NCBI GenBank assembly: GCA_046542505.1
Contig: JBKHBH010000025.1
Location: forward strand, 1 to 26,344
Direction of reading: 5' to 3'
DNA: 26,344 nucleotides
Source: Thermovirgaceae bacterium
Lineage (GTDB): Bacteria; Synergistota; Synergistia; Synergistales; Thermovirgaceae
Part shown: one piece after another, positions 10,289 to 18,236 of the stretch
Layout of the letters: the number at the start of each line of letters is the position of its first letter
Position numbering within the stretch: position 1 is the stretch's first letter
Notes under the pieces: model-generated
The model's database searches: none
What the model was told of the DNA's origin: nothing
Seen by the model: only the letters and a program-made list of their open reading frames with translations
Program-made: the position numbers and the translations under genes

Positions 10289-11264
10289 AGAGGCCGGAGT
10301 GGACCTTGCCGGAGCTGCATCCTGGATCCAGATAATACGCCGGCACACTTCCGCCATTCAGCACCCGAACGTCGTCGGCGGTCTGGGCGGTTTCGCCGGG
10401 CTTTACAGAATCTCCGAGGGGCTGCTCCTCGCCGCTTGCGCAGACGGCGTGGGAACGAAAATCGAGGTTGCGCGTCTTGCGAATTCTTATGAATCGCTCG
10501 GCGTCGACCTGGTGGCCATGAACGTGAACGACCTCATTACCTGCGGAGCGAGCCCGCTTTTCTTTCTGGATTATATTGCCTGCGGTTCACTGGACACGGC
10601 GCGCCTGGAGCCGATTTTCAAAGGGATAGTACAGGCATGCAAAAAGATAAATTGCGCCCTTTTGGGCGGGGAAACGGCTGAGATGCCCGATATCTACGAA
10701 ACGGGAGGAATTGATCTTGCAGGCTTCGCCGTCGGCGCTGTTGGAGAAAAACAACTTGTCACCGGTGAAAAGATTGACCAGGGAGACAAGATTATCGGAC
10801 TGAGAAGCTCCGGGATACACAGCAACGGATTCAGCCTTGTCCGCAAAGTGCTTTTGGGGTCACGACATTCTGAAGCACTTGACGAATTCGTTCCGCAGTT
10901 CGGAGAAAAACTGTCCACCGCTCTTCTTTGTCCCACCCGCCTTTATGTCAAACAGGCCCTCGAGGTTCACGAAAAGATACCCGTTTCCGGGATGGCACAC
11001 ATTACCGGTGGCGGCCTCGAGGAAAACATCTTGCGCGTTCTGCCGAAAGGTCTTTCATGCAGCCTGGATTTCGATGCATGGACACGTCCTGAAATCTTCA
11101 ATTACATTGCTTCAAGAGGCGTTTCGGAGAAAGAAATGAGAAAGGTCTTCAATCTGGGGATAGGATTTGTGTTCATCCTCCCGGCGGAAAGAAGTGACGA
11201 AGCCTGCCGGATTCTCGAAAAAACGGGAGAAGAACCCGTTCTGATAGGTGAAGTTACAAAATGA
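10272..11264 (+). CDS. purM: AIR synthase (phosphoribosylformylglycinamidine cyclo-ligase)
   Basis: TYKEAGVD, DGVGTK, AMNVND, PLFFLDY, GGETAEMP, SSGIHSNGFSL, AHITGGG, FNLGIG. Start ATG 10272 after GGGAGG. Confidence 0.96.
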   Translation: MRWTYKEAGVDLAGAASWIQIIRRHTSAIQHPNVVGGLGGFAGLYRISEGLLLAACADGVGTKIEVARLANSYESLGVDLVAMNVNDLITCGASPLFFLDYIACGSLDTARLEPIFKGIVQACKKINCALLGGETAEMPDIYETGGIDLAGFAVGAVGEKQLVTGEKIDQGDKIIGLRSSGIHSNGFSLVRKVLLGSRHSEALDEFVPQFGEKLSTALLCPTRLYVKQALEVHEKIPVSGMAHITGGGLEENILRVLPKGLSCSLDFDAWTRPEIFNYIASRGVSEKEMRKVFNLGIGFVFILPAERSDEACRILEKTGEEPVLIGEVTK

Positions 11265-11860
11265 AAAAAAGATTGATCGTCCTCATTTCCGGAAAAGGGA
11301 CCAATATGGAAAAAATCATAAAAAACTGCATTTCCGGTTTCATAGACGCAACAGTCGTTTTCGTGGCGTCCGACAGGCCTGATGCCCCGGGACTGGAAAA
11401 GGCCCGTTCTTTTGGAACACCGGATCTGGTACTGCCATACGGGGAACGTGACAGACAAGGTGCTGAAATCTTCCTTATGGAAAAAATTTTTGAGGAAAGG
11501 GCCGATTTGCTTGTCCTGGCAGGTTTTATGCGGGTTCTTTCCCCCGGGTTCGTTAACCGGCTTGCCCGGAAGATTGTCAATATCCACCCTTCTCTCCTCC
11601 CCGCCTTTCCAGGAAGAAGATCAATCGAGAGAGCCTGGGAGGCAGGAGTGCAGATAACGGGCGTCACGGTACACCTCGTCGATGAAAAAGTCGATCACGG
11701 GCCGATTCTTGCACAGGAACCTGTCAGGATCGAGCAAGTTGATACACTGGAAAGCCTGGAACGAAAAATCCACAATGTAGAGCACCGGATCTATTCCCGC
11801 GTCCTGAGAGACCTCGCAGCAGGGAATTTTTCCGCACACTGGGGGAGGCAACCGGCATGA
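11261..11860 (+). CDS. purN: phosphoribosylglycinamide formyltransferase
   Basis: LISGKGTN, LAGFMRVL, NIHPSLLPAFPG, GVTVHLVDEKVDHGPI, EHRIY. Confidence 0.96.
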   Translation: MKKRLIVLISGKGTNMEKIIKNCISGFIDATVVFVASDRPDAPGLEKARSFGTPDLVLPYGERDRQGAEIFLMEKIFEERADLLVLAGFMRVLSPGFVNRLARKIVNIHPSLLPAFPGRRSIERAWEAGVQITGVTVHLVDEKVDHGPILAQEPVRIEQVDTLESLERKIHNVEHRIYSRVLRDLAAGNFSAHWGRQPA

Positions 11861-13386
11861 CCAGAAAAAGAGCGCTCATTTCAACATTTGACAAGAAGGG
11901 GCTCGGTCCCTTTGCCCGGGCTCTAGCGGAAATGGACTTCGAAATTATCTCCAGCTCGGGTACCGCGGAATTCCTCAGACAGGAAGGCATCGATGTTACC
12001 GAGGTCTCGGAATTGACAGGGTACCCTCACATTCTCGGCGGACGCGTAAAAACGCTGCACCCTTCAATCATTGGAGGCATTCTCGCCCGCAGGCAGGTTC
12101 CAGAAGACCTGCGGGACGTAGTGTCTTTCGAAATCCCTCTCGTCGATATCGTTGTCTGCAATCTCTATCCCTTTGAACACGTGGCTGCAGGAGGCAGCGA
12201 TCTTGATGTTTTGCTCGAAAATATCGATATCGGAGGCGTAACCTTGATACGGGCGGCGGCGAAAAATTTCCGGGAAGTCGTCTGCATTGTCGATCCTTCC
12301 GATTATGACAACATTATCGAGGAGATACGCTCACAAGGTGACGTAACCCTTCGAACGAAAGAAAACCTTGCCCTAAAGGCCTTTTCAGCAACGTGCTGGT
12401 ATGACGCTGCCATATTCCAGGGCCTCGCTAAGGAAACCGGAGCCTCGCCGGAACTACTTCTTGACAAGATACCCGCAGCTTCAGCAAAAGCCCTCGACCT
12501 TCGCTACGGTGAAAACCCTCACCAACACGCGGCCCTGTACCTGCCTCCTTTGACGGAACTTCCGTGGAGTCAGATTTCCGGAAAGCCGCTATCCTATAAC
12601 AACATTCTCGATGTGGACTGCGCCTTGAGAGCCTGCGCTCTCTTTCAGTCGGAATGTGCATGTGTGATCATCAAGCACACGACACCCTGCGGCCTTGCAA
12701 CGGGAGAAACTCCCCTGGAGGCATACAGAAAGGCCCTTGAAGGTGATCCTGTTTCTTCTTTCGGCGGTATCATCGGCTTCAGCAGAACCATCACGGAGGA
12801 AGCCGCCGAAGCCGTAACCGAAACCTTCGCCGAAGTCCTAGTCGCTCCTGAAATTTCCGAAAAAGCAGCTGAAAAGCTGCGGCAAAACCGACCGAATCTC
12901 AGGATCCTGCAATGGAAAGGTGGCCGTGTTTCACCCTATCAGCTTACCGGTACGTGGAGCGGGCTTCTTATGCAGGAGGACAGACTTCCGCCGATTCCGG
13001 AAGAAGAAAACAGCCGGTGGGTCGGTACTCCCAGGAAAGATCTCTGGAACGATTTGCTTTTCGGCTGGAAAACAGCCGCCTTGTGCAAGAGCAATGCCGT
13101 CGTGGTAGCCTGCAACGGGGCTTCGGTAGGAATCGGTTCGGGATTCACTAGCAGGATCGACGCCGTCAAATGGGCGCTGAAACAGGCAAAGGACAAGGCT
13201 CAGGGAGCCGTTCTGGCATCAGATGCCTTCTTCCCCTTTGCAGACTCACTTGAGGAAGCGGCCAAGGCAGGTATATCGGCCGTGATCCAGCCAGGCGGAT
13301 CCATAAGGGACAAAGAGGTTTTCCAGGCGGCGGAACGTCTCGGGGTCAGCATGTTCCTGACGGGAGCAAGGACATTCAGGCACTAG
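11857..13386 (+). CDS. purH: bifunctional AICAR transformylase/IMP cyclohydrolase
   Basis: GGRVKTLHP, NLYPF, ENIDIGG, LRYGENPHQ, LSYNN, KHTTPCG, ASDAFFPF, IQPGGSIRD, RTFRH. Confidence 0.97.
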   Translation: MTRKRALISTFDKKGLGPFARALAEMDFEIISSSGTAEFLRQEGIDVTEVSELTGYPHILGGRVKTLHPSIIGGILARRQVPEDLRDVVSFEIPLVDIVVCNLYPFEHVAAGGSDLDVLLENIDIGGVTLIRAAAKNFREVVCIVDPSDYDNIIEEIRSQGDVTLRTKENLALKAFSATCWYDAAIFQGLAKETGASPELLLDKIPAASAKALDLRYGENPHQHAALYLPPLTELPWSQISGKPLSYNNILDVDCALRACALFQSECACVIIKHTTPCGLATGETPLEAYRKALEGDPVSSFGGIIGFSRTITEEAAEAVTETFAEVLVAPEISEKAAEKLRQNRPNLRILQWKGGRVSPYQLTGTWSGLLMQEDRLPPIPEEENSRWVGTPRKDLWNDLLFGWKTAALCKSNAVVVACNGASVGIGSGFTSRIDAVKWALKQAKDKAQGAVLASDAFFPFADSLEEAAKAGISAVIQPGGSIRDKEVFQAAERLGVSMFLTGARTFRH

Positions 13387-13418
13387 TATCATGATTTCTG
13401 GAAGGCAGGTGAAAACCC

Positions 13419-14693
13419 ATGCGTTTTCTTCTTCTCGGAAAAGGTGCACGTGAACATGCGATCGCGTGGGCGTTGGCCAGATCATCCTTTGTTGACGAGA
13501 TCCATAGCATGCCCGGGAACGTGGGCATTGGGCAGATAGCCGAAACTCATGCAGGAGACCCGGAAGACGTTACGTCCGTATGCCGTCTTTGCGAACACCT
13601 TGCCGCCGATATTGTCATTGTAGGGCCTGAGGCGCCCCTGGTCGCCGGAATCGCCGATGCGCTTGCCGATAAAGGCATCCCGACCTTCGGCCCCCGGTCA
13701 GCCGGTGCGAAGCTTGAAGGAAGCAAGGCTTTCGCAAAGGAATTTATGGCGCGTCATAAAATCCCGACGGCTGGATTCGACATTTGCCGTAACATGGAAG
13801 AAGCAAAAGGAGCTCTCCAAAAACGGCATGCCCCGTACATCGTCAAGGCTCACGGACTTGCGGCAGGAAAGGGAGTCTTTGTCCTCAAGACAAAAAATGA
13901 AGCACTTGAAGTCAGCCGGCAGTTGCTGGAGGAGAACCTGCTGAAAGAAGCCGGAAGAACGATTGTCATAGAGGACTATTTGCCCGGGAAGGAACTGACA
14001 GTTCTCGTGATTACCGACGGCGACTCCTGGAAGATACTCCCGCCCAGCCAGGACCACAAACGTGTCTTCGACGGGGACGCGGGGCCCAACACGGGCGGCA
14101 TGGGTGCATTCTGCCCGGTCCCTTCGATCACCGAAGATCTTCTTGCAGACGTTGAGGCAAAAGTCGTTTCCCCGACCATTCAGGGCCTTGCATCGGAGGG
14201 AATACCATTTACGGGTGTTCTTTACTTCGGACTGATGATAAGCGAAAATGGTATATTCCGGGTCCTTGAATACAATGTCCGCATGGGGGACCCCGAGACG
14301 CAGGTGGTTCTCCCCGTCTTCCCGGGGGATTTCGCTGAAGCCGCCTACGCGGCGTGTAACGGGGACCTTACGAACGTTTCCTGGAGGTCTACCGGCGATT
14401 CCGCCGTTGGCATCGTTATGGCCTCCGGCGGCTACCCTGGCAAATATTCGAAAGGTTTTGAAATCAGGGGAATTGATTCATTGCCTTTTGACAACAAGAC
14501 TCTCATTTTCCACGCAGGTACCCGCAAATCTGATGGAAGACTCGTTACAGACGGAGGCAGGGTCCTTACCGTCGTAGGAGTCGGCGGCGGAATTGGGGAT
14601 GCCCGCAGGCGGGCATATGGTGCCGCTGAAAGGATTTCTTTCGAAAAGGCGCACTATCGCAGGGATATAGCGTCTTTCGCACAGGGAGAGTGA
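13419..14693 (+). CDS. purD: phosphoribosylamine-glycine ligase
   Basis: GAREHAIAW, VGPEAPL, LEGSKAFAK, GLAAGKGV, QDHKR..DGDAGPNTGGMG, EYNVRMGDPETQ, GGRVL. Confidence 0.97.
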   Translation: MRFLLLGKGAREHAIAWALARSSFVDEIHSMPGNVGIGQIAETHAGDPEDVTSVCRLCEHLAADIVIVGPEAPLVAGIADALADKGIPTFGPRSAGAKLEGSKAFAKEFMARHKIPTAGFDICRNMEEAKGALQKRHAPYIVKAHGLAAGKGVFVLKTKNEALEVSRQLLEENLLKEAGRTIVIEDYLPGKELTVLVITDGDSWKILPPSQDHKRVFDGDAGPNTGGMGAFCPVPSITEDLLADVEAKVVSPTIQGLASEGIPFTGVLYFGLMISENGIFRVLEYNVRMGDPETQVVLPVFPGDFAEAAYAACNGDLTNVSWRSTGDSAVGIVMASGGYPGKYSKGFEIRGIDSLPFDNKTLIFHAGTRKSDGRLVTDGGRVLTVVGVGGGIGDARRRAYGAAERISFEKAHYRRDIASFAQGE

Positions 14694-14698
14694 AAATC

Positions 14699-15226
14699 AT
14701 GGACAAACATCCACAGATCGGCATTGTCATGGGATCCCAGTCTGATATGGACATAGCAAGAAAAGCCCTAAAGACTCTTGAGGATCTGGATATCGGGGCC
14801 GAGGTCACCATCGCTTCGGCACACCGGACGCCGGAAGACTCGGTTTCTTACGCAGAAAACGCGCGTTCGAGGGGTATCGTCGCCATTATCGCTATTGCCG
14901 GACTTTCAGCCGCTCTGCCGGGCGTCGTTGCGGCTCACACAACCCTCCCCGTTATCGGCGTTCCGGTAAATACCGGAACCCTTGGAGGAATGGACGCACT
15001 TCTTTCAATTGCCCAGATGCCGCCCGGCGTTCCCGTAGCAGCAACAGGGATAGACGGCGCGAAAAATGCGGCACTCCTGGCAGCAAGGATCATTGCTCTA
15101 CAGGATCCTTCCCTTCATGAAAGACTTTGTGAAGCCGTTTTCCGCGGCGGGCAGAAGGTCAGGGCTTCCAGGGCATCAATTTCGGACATGCCCGCCGCAC
15201 CTGAAGACGCTTTTTCAAGGGAGTGA
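14699..15226 (+). CDS. purE: PurE (AIR carboxylase/N5-CAIR mutase family)
   Basis: MGSQSD, SAHRTP, LPVIGVPV, DALLSIAQMPPGVPVA, NAALLA. ATG 14699 is 9 nt after GGGAGA; alternative start GTG 14690. Confidence 0.95.
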   Translation: MDKHPQIGIVMGSQSDMDIARKALKTLEDLDIGAEVTIASAHRTPEDSVSYAENARSRGIVAIIAIAGLSAALPGVVAAHTTLPVIGVPVNTGTLGGMDALLSIAQMPPGVPVAATGIDGAKNAALLAARIIALQDPSLHERLCEAVFRGGQKVRASRASISDMPAAPEDAFSRE

Positions 15227-15232
15227 TTCGGC

Positions 15233-16192
15233 ATTTATTCCTCCGGACCGCGAAGATATCTTCCCTGGTCCGTCCTTCTAAGAAAACGTTGGGGAAAACG
15301 TGTCCAGAAGATTTCTCTTGATATAGGTGCAGGCTGCCCTCACAGGAACAGTCTGAAAGAAGGCGGGTGCGTTTTTTGCGACAGCTTTGGAGGCGGGAGC
15401 GGAGCATACCTTTCAGGCATTACCCTGGAAGATCAAATACTTCGCGGTTTCAAACGCATCAAGGGAAGATACAACACTGATGAGGCCATTCTCTATTTTC
15501 AAAGTTACTCCACCACGAACCTTCCTGTCGGGAACCTGGTCGACATCATCGAAAGGGCCTTCGCCTTTTCAACGACTCTCGGCCATATAGCCGGCCTTGC
15601 CATTGGAGCACGCCCAGACCAGGTTCCCGGCGAACTTCTCTCTTTTCTTGAGAAACTCGCAGAAAGAGATATTGAAGTCTGGCTTGAGCTGGGAGTCCAA
15701 ACGACTGATCCGGCGGGCCTTCAATGGCTCAACAGGGGCCACGGGCTGCACGAGGTCGAAAACGCCATTGAAAGAAGCCTGAGCTGCCGGGGGCTTTCCC
15801 TGTGTGCCCATCTCATTGCAGGCATCCCCGGGGAAAAAGACGACCAGCTTTCCCGTTCCGCCGAGTGGCTTTCCGAAAGGGGGATCCACGGCGTCAAGTT
15901 TCATCCGCTCTATGTTCTTGCGGGGACAACCCTGGAAAGGCTTTTCCGGCAAGGTTGTTTCGTCCCTCTGGCTCGAAAGGAATACGTGATAAAAGTCGTT
16001 GAAGCCTTGAGGAGGCTTCGTCCCGACGTGGCCATACAGCGGCTGACTGCTGACGCGTCCTTTCCGAGACTGGTTGCTCCTGAATGGGTGGCCCGAAAGC
16101 AGACCGTCATCAAGGAAGTCGAGGGGCTTCTCAATCAACTCGATGCCTGTCAGGGCGACCGCTGGCGCGAAAGATCCGTCCCTGGCCAGTGA
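15233..16192 (+). CDS. TIGR01212/YhcC(YtqA)-family radical SAM protein with a non-canonical (probably ATT) start
   Basis: Hand translation shows no stop from 15227 to 16192: RYLPWSVLLRKRWGKRVQKISLDIGAGCPHRNSLKEGGCVFCD (Cx10Cx2C), YFQSYSTT, IGARPD, WLELGVQT, NRGH, CAHLIAGIPGE, GVKFHPLYV, IQRLTAD, LVAPEW. The ORF track shows only 15986-16192. Family call is strong; the start site is uncertain. Confidence 0.88.
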   Translation: MYSSGPRRYLPWSVLLRKRWGKRVQKISLDIGAGCPHRNSLKEGGCVFCDSFGGGSGAYLSGITLEDQILRGFKRIKGRYNTDEAILYFQSYSTTNLPVGNLVDIIERAFAFSTTLGHIAGLAIGARPDQVPGELLSFLEKLAERDIEVWLELGVQTTDPAGLQWLNRGHGLHEVENAIERSLSCRGLSLCAHLIAGIPGEKDDQLSRSAEWLSERGIHGVKFHPLYVLAGTTLERLFRQGCFVPLARKEYVIKVVEALRRLRPDVAIQRLTADASFPRLVAPEWVARKQTVIKEVEGLLNQLDACQGDRWRERSVPGQ

Positions 16193-16211
16193 AGTGCGTT
16201 TCCAGGGCGTT

Positions 16212-16436
16212 TCACTTTCCGCGTTGCGTGCCAAGGTACCCGAGAAACAGGAGAATCGGGGAAAAAAGGAATTTACCAGGGCCGGAAAAAAACTGGCGGA
16301 CCGGTTCAATATGATAGAGAAACTTCATGAAAATCGCTAGCGAAACGCAAATGAACAAAAGTGTCGTAAGAGGCGAACGCTGTTTGTCGTCGCTCGAAGG
16401 CTCTTTTTTCCCGGGCAAATCTGTCACCTCATTCAT
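16212..16436 (-). CDS. small hypothetical membrane protein (74 aa)
   Basis: Fills the gap after the dehydratase gene; SD-like GGTGAT before ATG; polar N-terminus then hydrophobic stretches LTTLLFICVSLAIFMKFLY and FLFSPILLFLGYLG. Confidence 0.5.
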   Translation of the reverse strand: MNEVTDLPGKKEPSSDDKQRSPLTTLLFICVSLAIFMKFLYHIEPVRQFFSGPGKFLFSPILLFLGYLGTQRGK

Positions 16437-16489
16437 CAGATCACCAAAAGCAGGCCAGGTTTTTCTTGAAATCCTAGGAGCACCTGCGT

Positions 16490-17467
16490 TCAGCTGATGC
16501 CTAGGATACGAAGCAACTGGTCTTCATCAATATTCCCACCGGAAACCACCACACCGGTCTTTTTGCCCCCGGTGACGAATTTCCCCGACAACAGAGCCGC
16601 CACTCCCGTGGCCCCCGCACCTTCAACAACCTGGTGGTGTTCCCTGTGCAAAAAGGATATTGCCGACGCTATTTCTTCTTCATCAACTTCGACAAGTCCC
16701 GCCAGATTCTCTCTGAGGTAACTAAAAAGTACCGGCGAGGCCGCTCCTGAAAGAGCGTCCGCCAGAGTCTTTTCCTCTTCCACGGGTTCCACGAAACCCT
16801 TTTCCCAGGCATTTCGCCAGGAGGGATTCGCTTTCGCATATACGCCCCATACTTCTATTCCACGCCGTAGAGCTTTTGCGGCCACTGTCACGCCTGTGAT
16901 GAGGCCTCCACCGCTGATGGGAACAAGGATGACATCGAGGTCGGGATGTACCTCCAGCAACTCGAAACCGACCGTTCCCTGGCCTGCGATGATATGAAGG
17001 TCCTCGTAAGCGGAAACGTACACCATTTCGACTTCGTGGCACAGTCTTTTCGCTTCCGTCTCCGCCTCATCATAGAATTTCCCGATGACTTTCAGTTCCA
17101 CGTATTCGCCGCCGAGTTTCTGTATAGCCCGTTTCTTGTTTTCGGGACAGGAACCGGGCACACAAATCACCGCTTTCACGCCCAGCATCGATGCAGCTGT
17201 AGCGACGCCCTGGGCATGGTTTCCCGACGAAGCGGTCACTACACCACGTTTTCGTTCCTCCGGCGAAAGTGAGAACATCTTGTTCAAGGCACCTCGTATC
17301 TTGAATGCGCCACATACCTGGAGGTTTTCCCATTTCAGAACCACCGGCCCGATTGTTTTCTCAAAGAGAGCTTCAGAAAGATCTGTCGGAGTCTTTCTGA
17401 CTCTTGTTTTCAGAAATTCTTTCGCGAACAGGATGTCTTCCATTTCCGGTACGGTGGTTTCGTACAT
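16490..17467 (-). CDS. PLP-dependent threonine/serine dehydratase family protein (no ACT domain)
   Basis: LKWENLQVCGAFKIRGA (PLP Lys), ASSGNHAQG, IAGQGTVG, PISGGGL, VEGAGA, VSGGNID; SD GGGGAGAG. Confidence 0.88.
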   Translation of the reverse strand: MYETTVPEMEDILFAKEFLKTRVRKTPTDLSEALFEKTIGPVVLKWENLQVCGAFKIRGALNKMFSLSPEERKRGVVTASSGNHAQGVATAASMLGVKAVICVPGSCPENKKRAIQKLGGEYVELKVIGKFYDEAETEAKRLCHEVEMVYVSAYEDLHIIAGQGTVGFELLEVHPDLDVILVPISGGGLITGVTVAAKALRRGIEVWGVYAKANPSWRNAWEKGFVEPVEEEKTLADALSGAASPVLFSYLRENLAGLVEVDEEEIASAISFLHREHHQVVEGAGATGVAALLSGKFVTGGKKTGVVVSGGNIDEDQLLRILGIS

Positions 17468-17586
17468 GTTTTATCTCTCCCCGATTCTGTTTTTTTCAGA
17501 TCGTTTCTATAAGCCCGTTAAGCCCCGTCTGACGACCCTGGTTCTGTCTCAAAAGTCCGCCCAGCTCTCTCCTTCAAGGTTCTTCC

Positions 17587-17615
17587 AGTATACATAACAC
17601 GGACAGGTGAACCAA
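17587..17615 (-). promoter_or_regulatory. putative sigma70 promoter for the dehydratase gene
   Basis: Minus strand TTGGTT-17 nt-TATACT, immediately downstream of the tpx terminator. Confidence 0.4.
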
Positions 17616-17618
17616 ATG

Positions 17619-17658
17619 AAAAGGCCCCGACGGCATGTTATGCCGAAGGGGCCTTTTT
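17619..17658 (-). terminator. intrinsic terminator after tpx (symmetric, possibly bidirectional)
   Basis: AAAAGGCCCC-GA-CGGCAT-GTT-ATGCCG-AA-GGGGCCTTTTT, with T-runs on both strands. Confidence 0.85.
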
Positions 17659-17684
17659 ACAAAATACCCGTTGCAATGTGCAGC

Positions 17685-18200
17685 TTACCCGAAAAGTTCC
17701 TTCAAGGCATCGAGAGCCTTGTCGTAATCGGGGTGGTCCCCTATTTCGGACACAATTTCAATGTACCTGATGACATCATCCTTGTCCACGACAAAAACAG
17801 CCCTGGCGAGAACACGAAGATCCTCCACGAGGACTCCCCAGTTTTTCCCGAAGGAAGCCTCCTTGTGGTCGGAAAAGACCTTGATGCTTGAAACCTCTCC
17901 GGACATGCAAAACCGTTTTATGGCGAAGGGCAGATCCATGCTGATATTGAGAACCACAACGTCTTCAGGCATCGCCCCCGCCTCGTCATTGAAACGATGG
18001 GCCTGCAGGTCGCAAACCGGTGTATCAAGGGACGGTGTGACCGAGATGACCTTGATTTTTCCGGAAAAGTCTTTCAGGGTGTATTGTTTCAGGTCCTCGT
18101 CTACAACACGAAAATCGGGAGCCTTGTCACCAGCATTGACAACATCTCCCGTCAGGGCAAAAGCCTTTCCCTTCAAGGTGACTTTTCTTTTCTCACTCAC
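17685..18200 (-). CDS. tpx: thiol peroxidase (atypical 2-Cys peroxiredoxin)
   Basis: VTLKG, GDKAPDF, PSLDTPVC (peroxidatic Cys), SMDLPFA..RFC, ARAVFVVD, HPDYD. GTG 18200 after GGAGGTG. Confidence 0.93.
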   Translation of the reverse strand: MSEKRKVTLKGKAFALTGDVVNAGDKAPDFRVVDEDLKQYTLKDFSGKIKVISVTPSLDTPVCDLQAHRFNDEAGAMPEDVVVLNISMDLPFAIKRFCMSGEVSSIKVFSDHKEASFGKNWGVLVEDLRVLARAVFVVDKDDVIRYIEIVSEIGDHPDYDKALDALKELFG

Positions 18201-18236
18201 AGGAGACCACCTCCGCATATTTTTTTAATGATGTCT

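Noticed and set aside
15224..15272. Canonical selenocysteine codon with SECIS
   Set aside because: The apical loop lacks the usual G and the UGA is in a linker rather than at a conserved Cys site.
15223..15321. GTGA-coupled 32-codon ORF after purE as the true start
   Set aside because: It is in a different frame, stops at 15321, carries no family motifs and has no properly spaced SD; retained only as a frameshift or assembly-error alternative.
15986..16192. 68-aa ORF as a stand-alone gene
   Set aside because: It is only the C-terminal part of the radical SAM frame, which is open from 15227.
15569..16309. 246-aa minus-strand ORF, the longest track ORF in this interval
   Set aside because: No recognisable family; it lies antisense to the motif-rich radical SAM frame, which explains the region.
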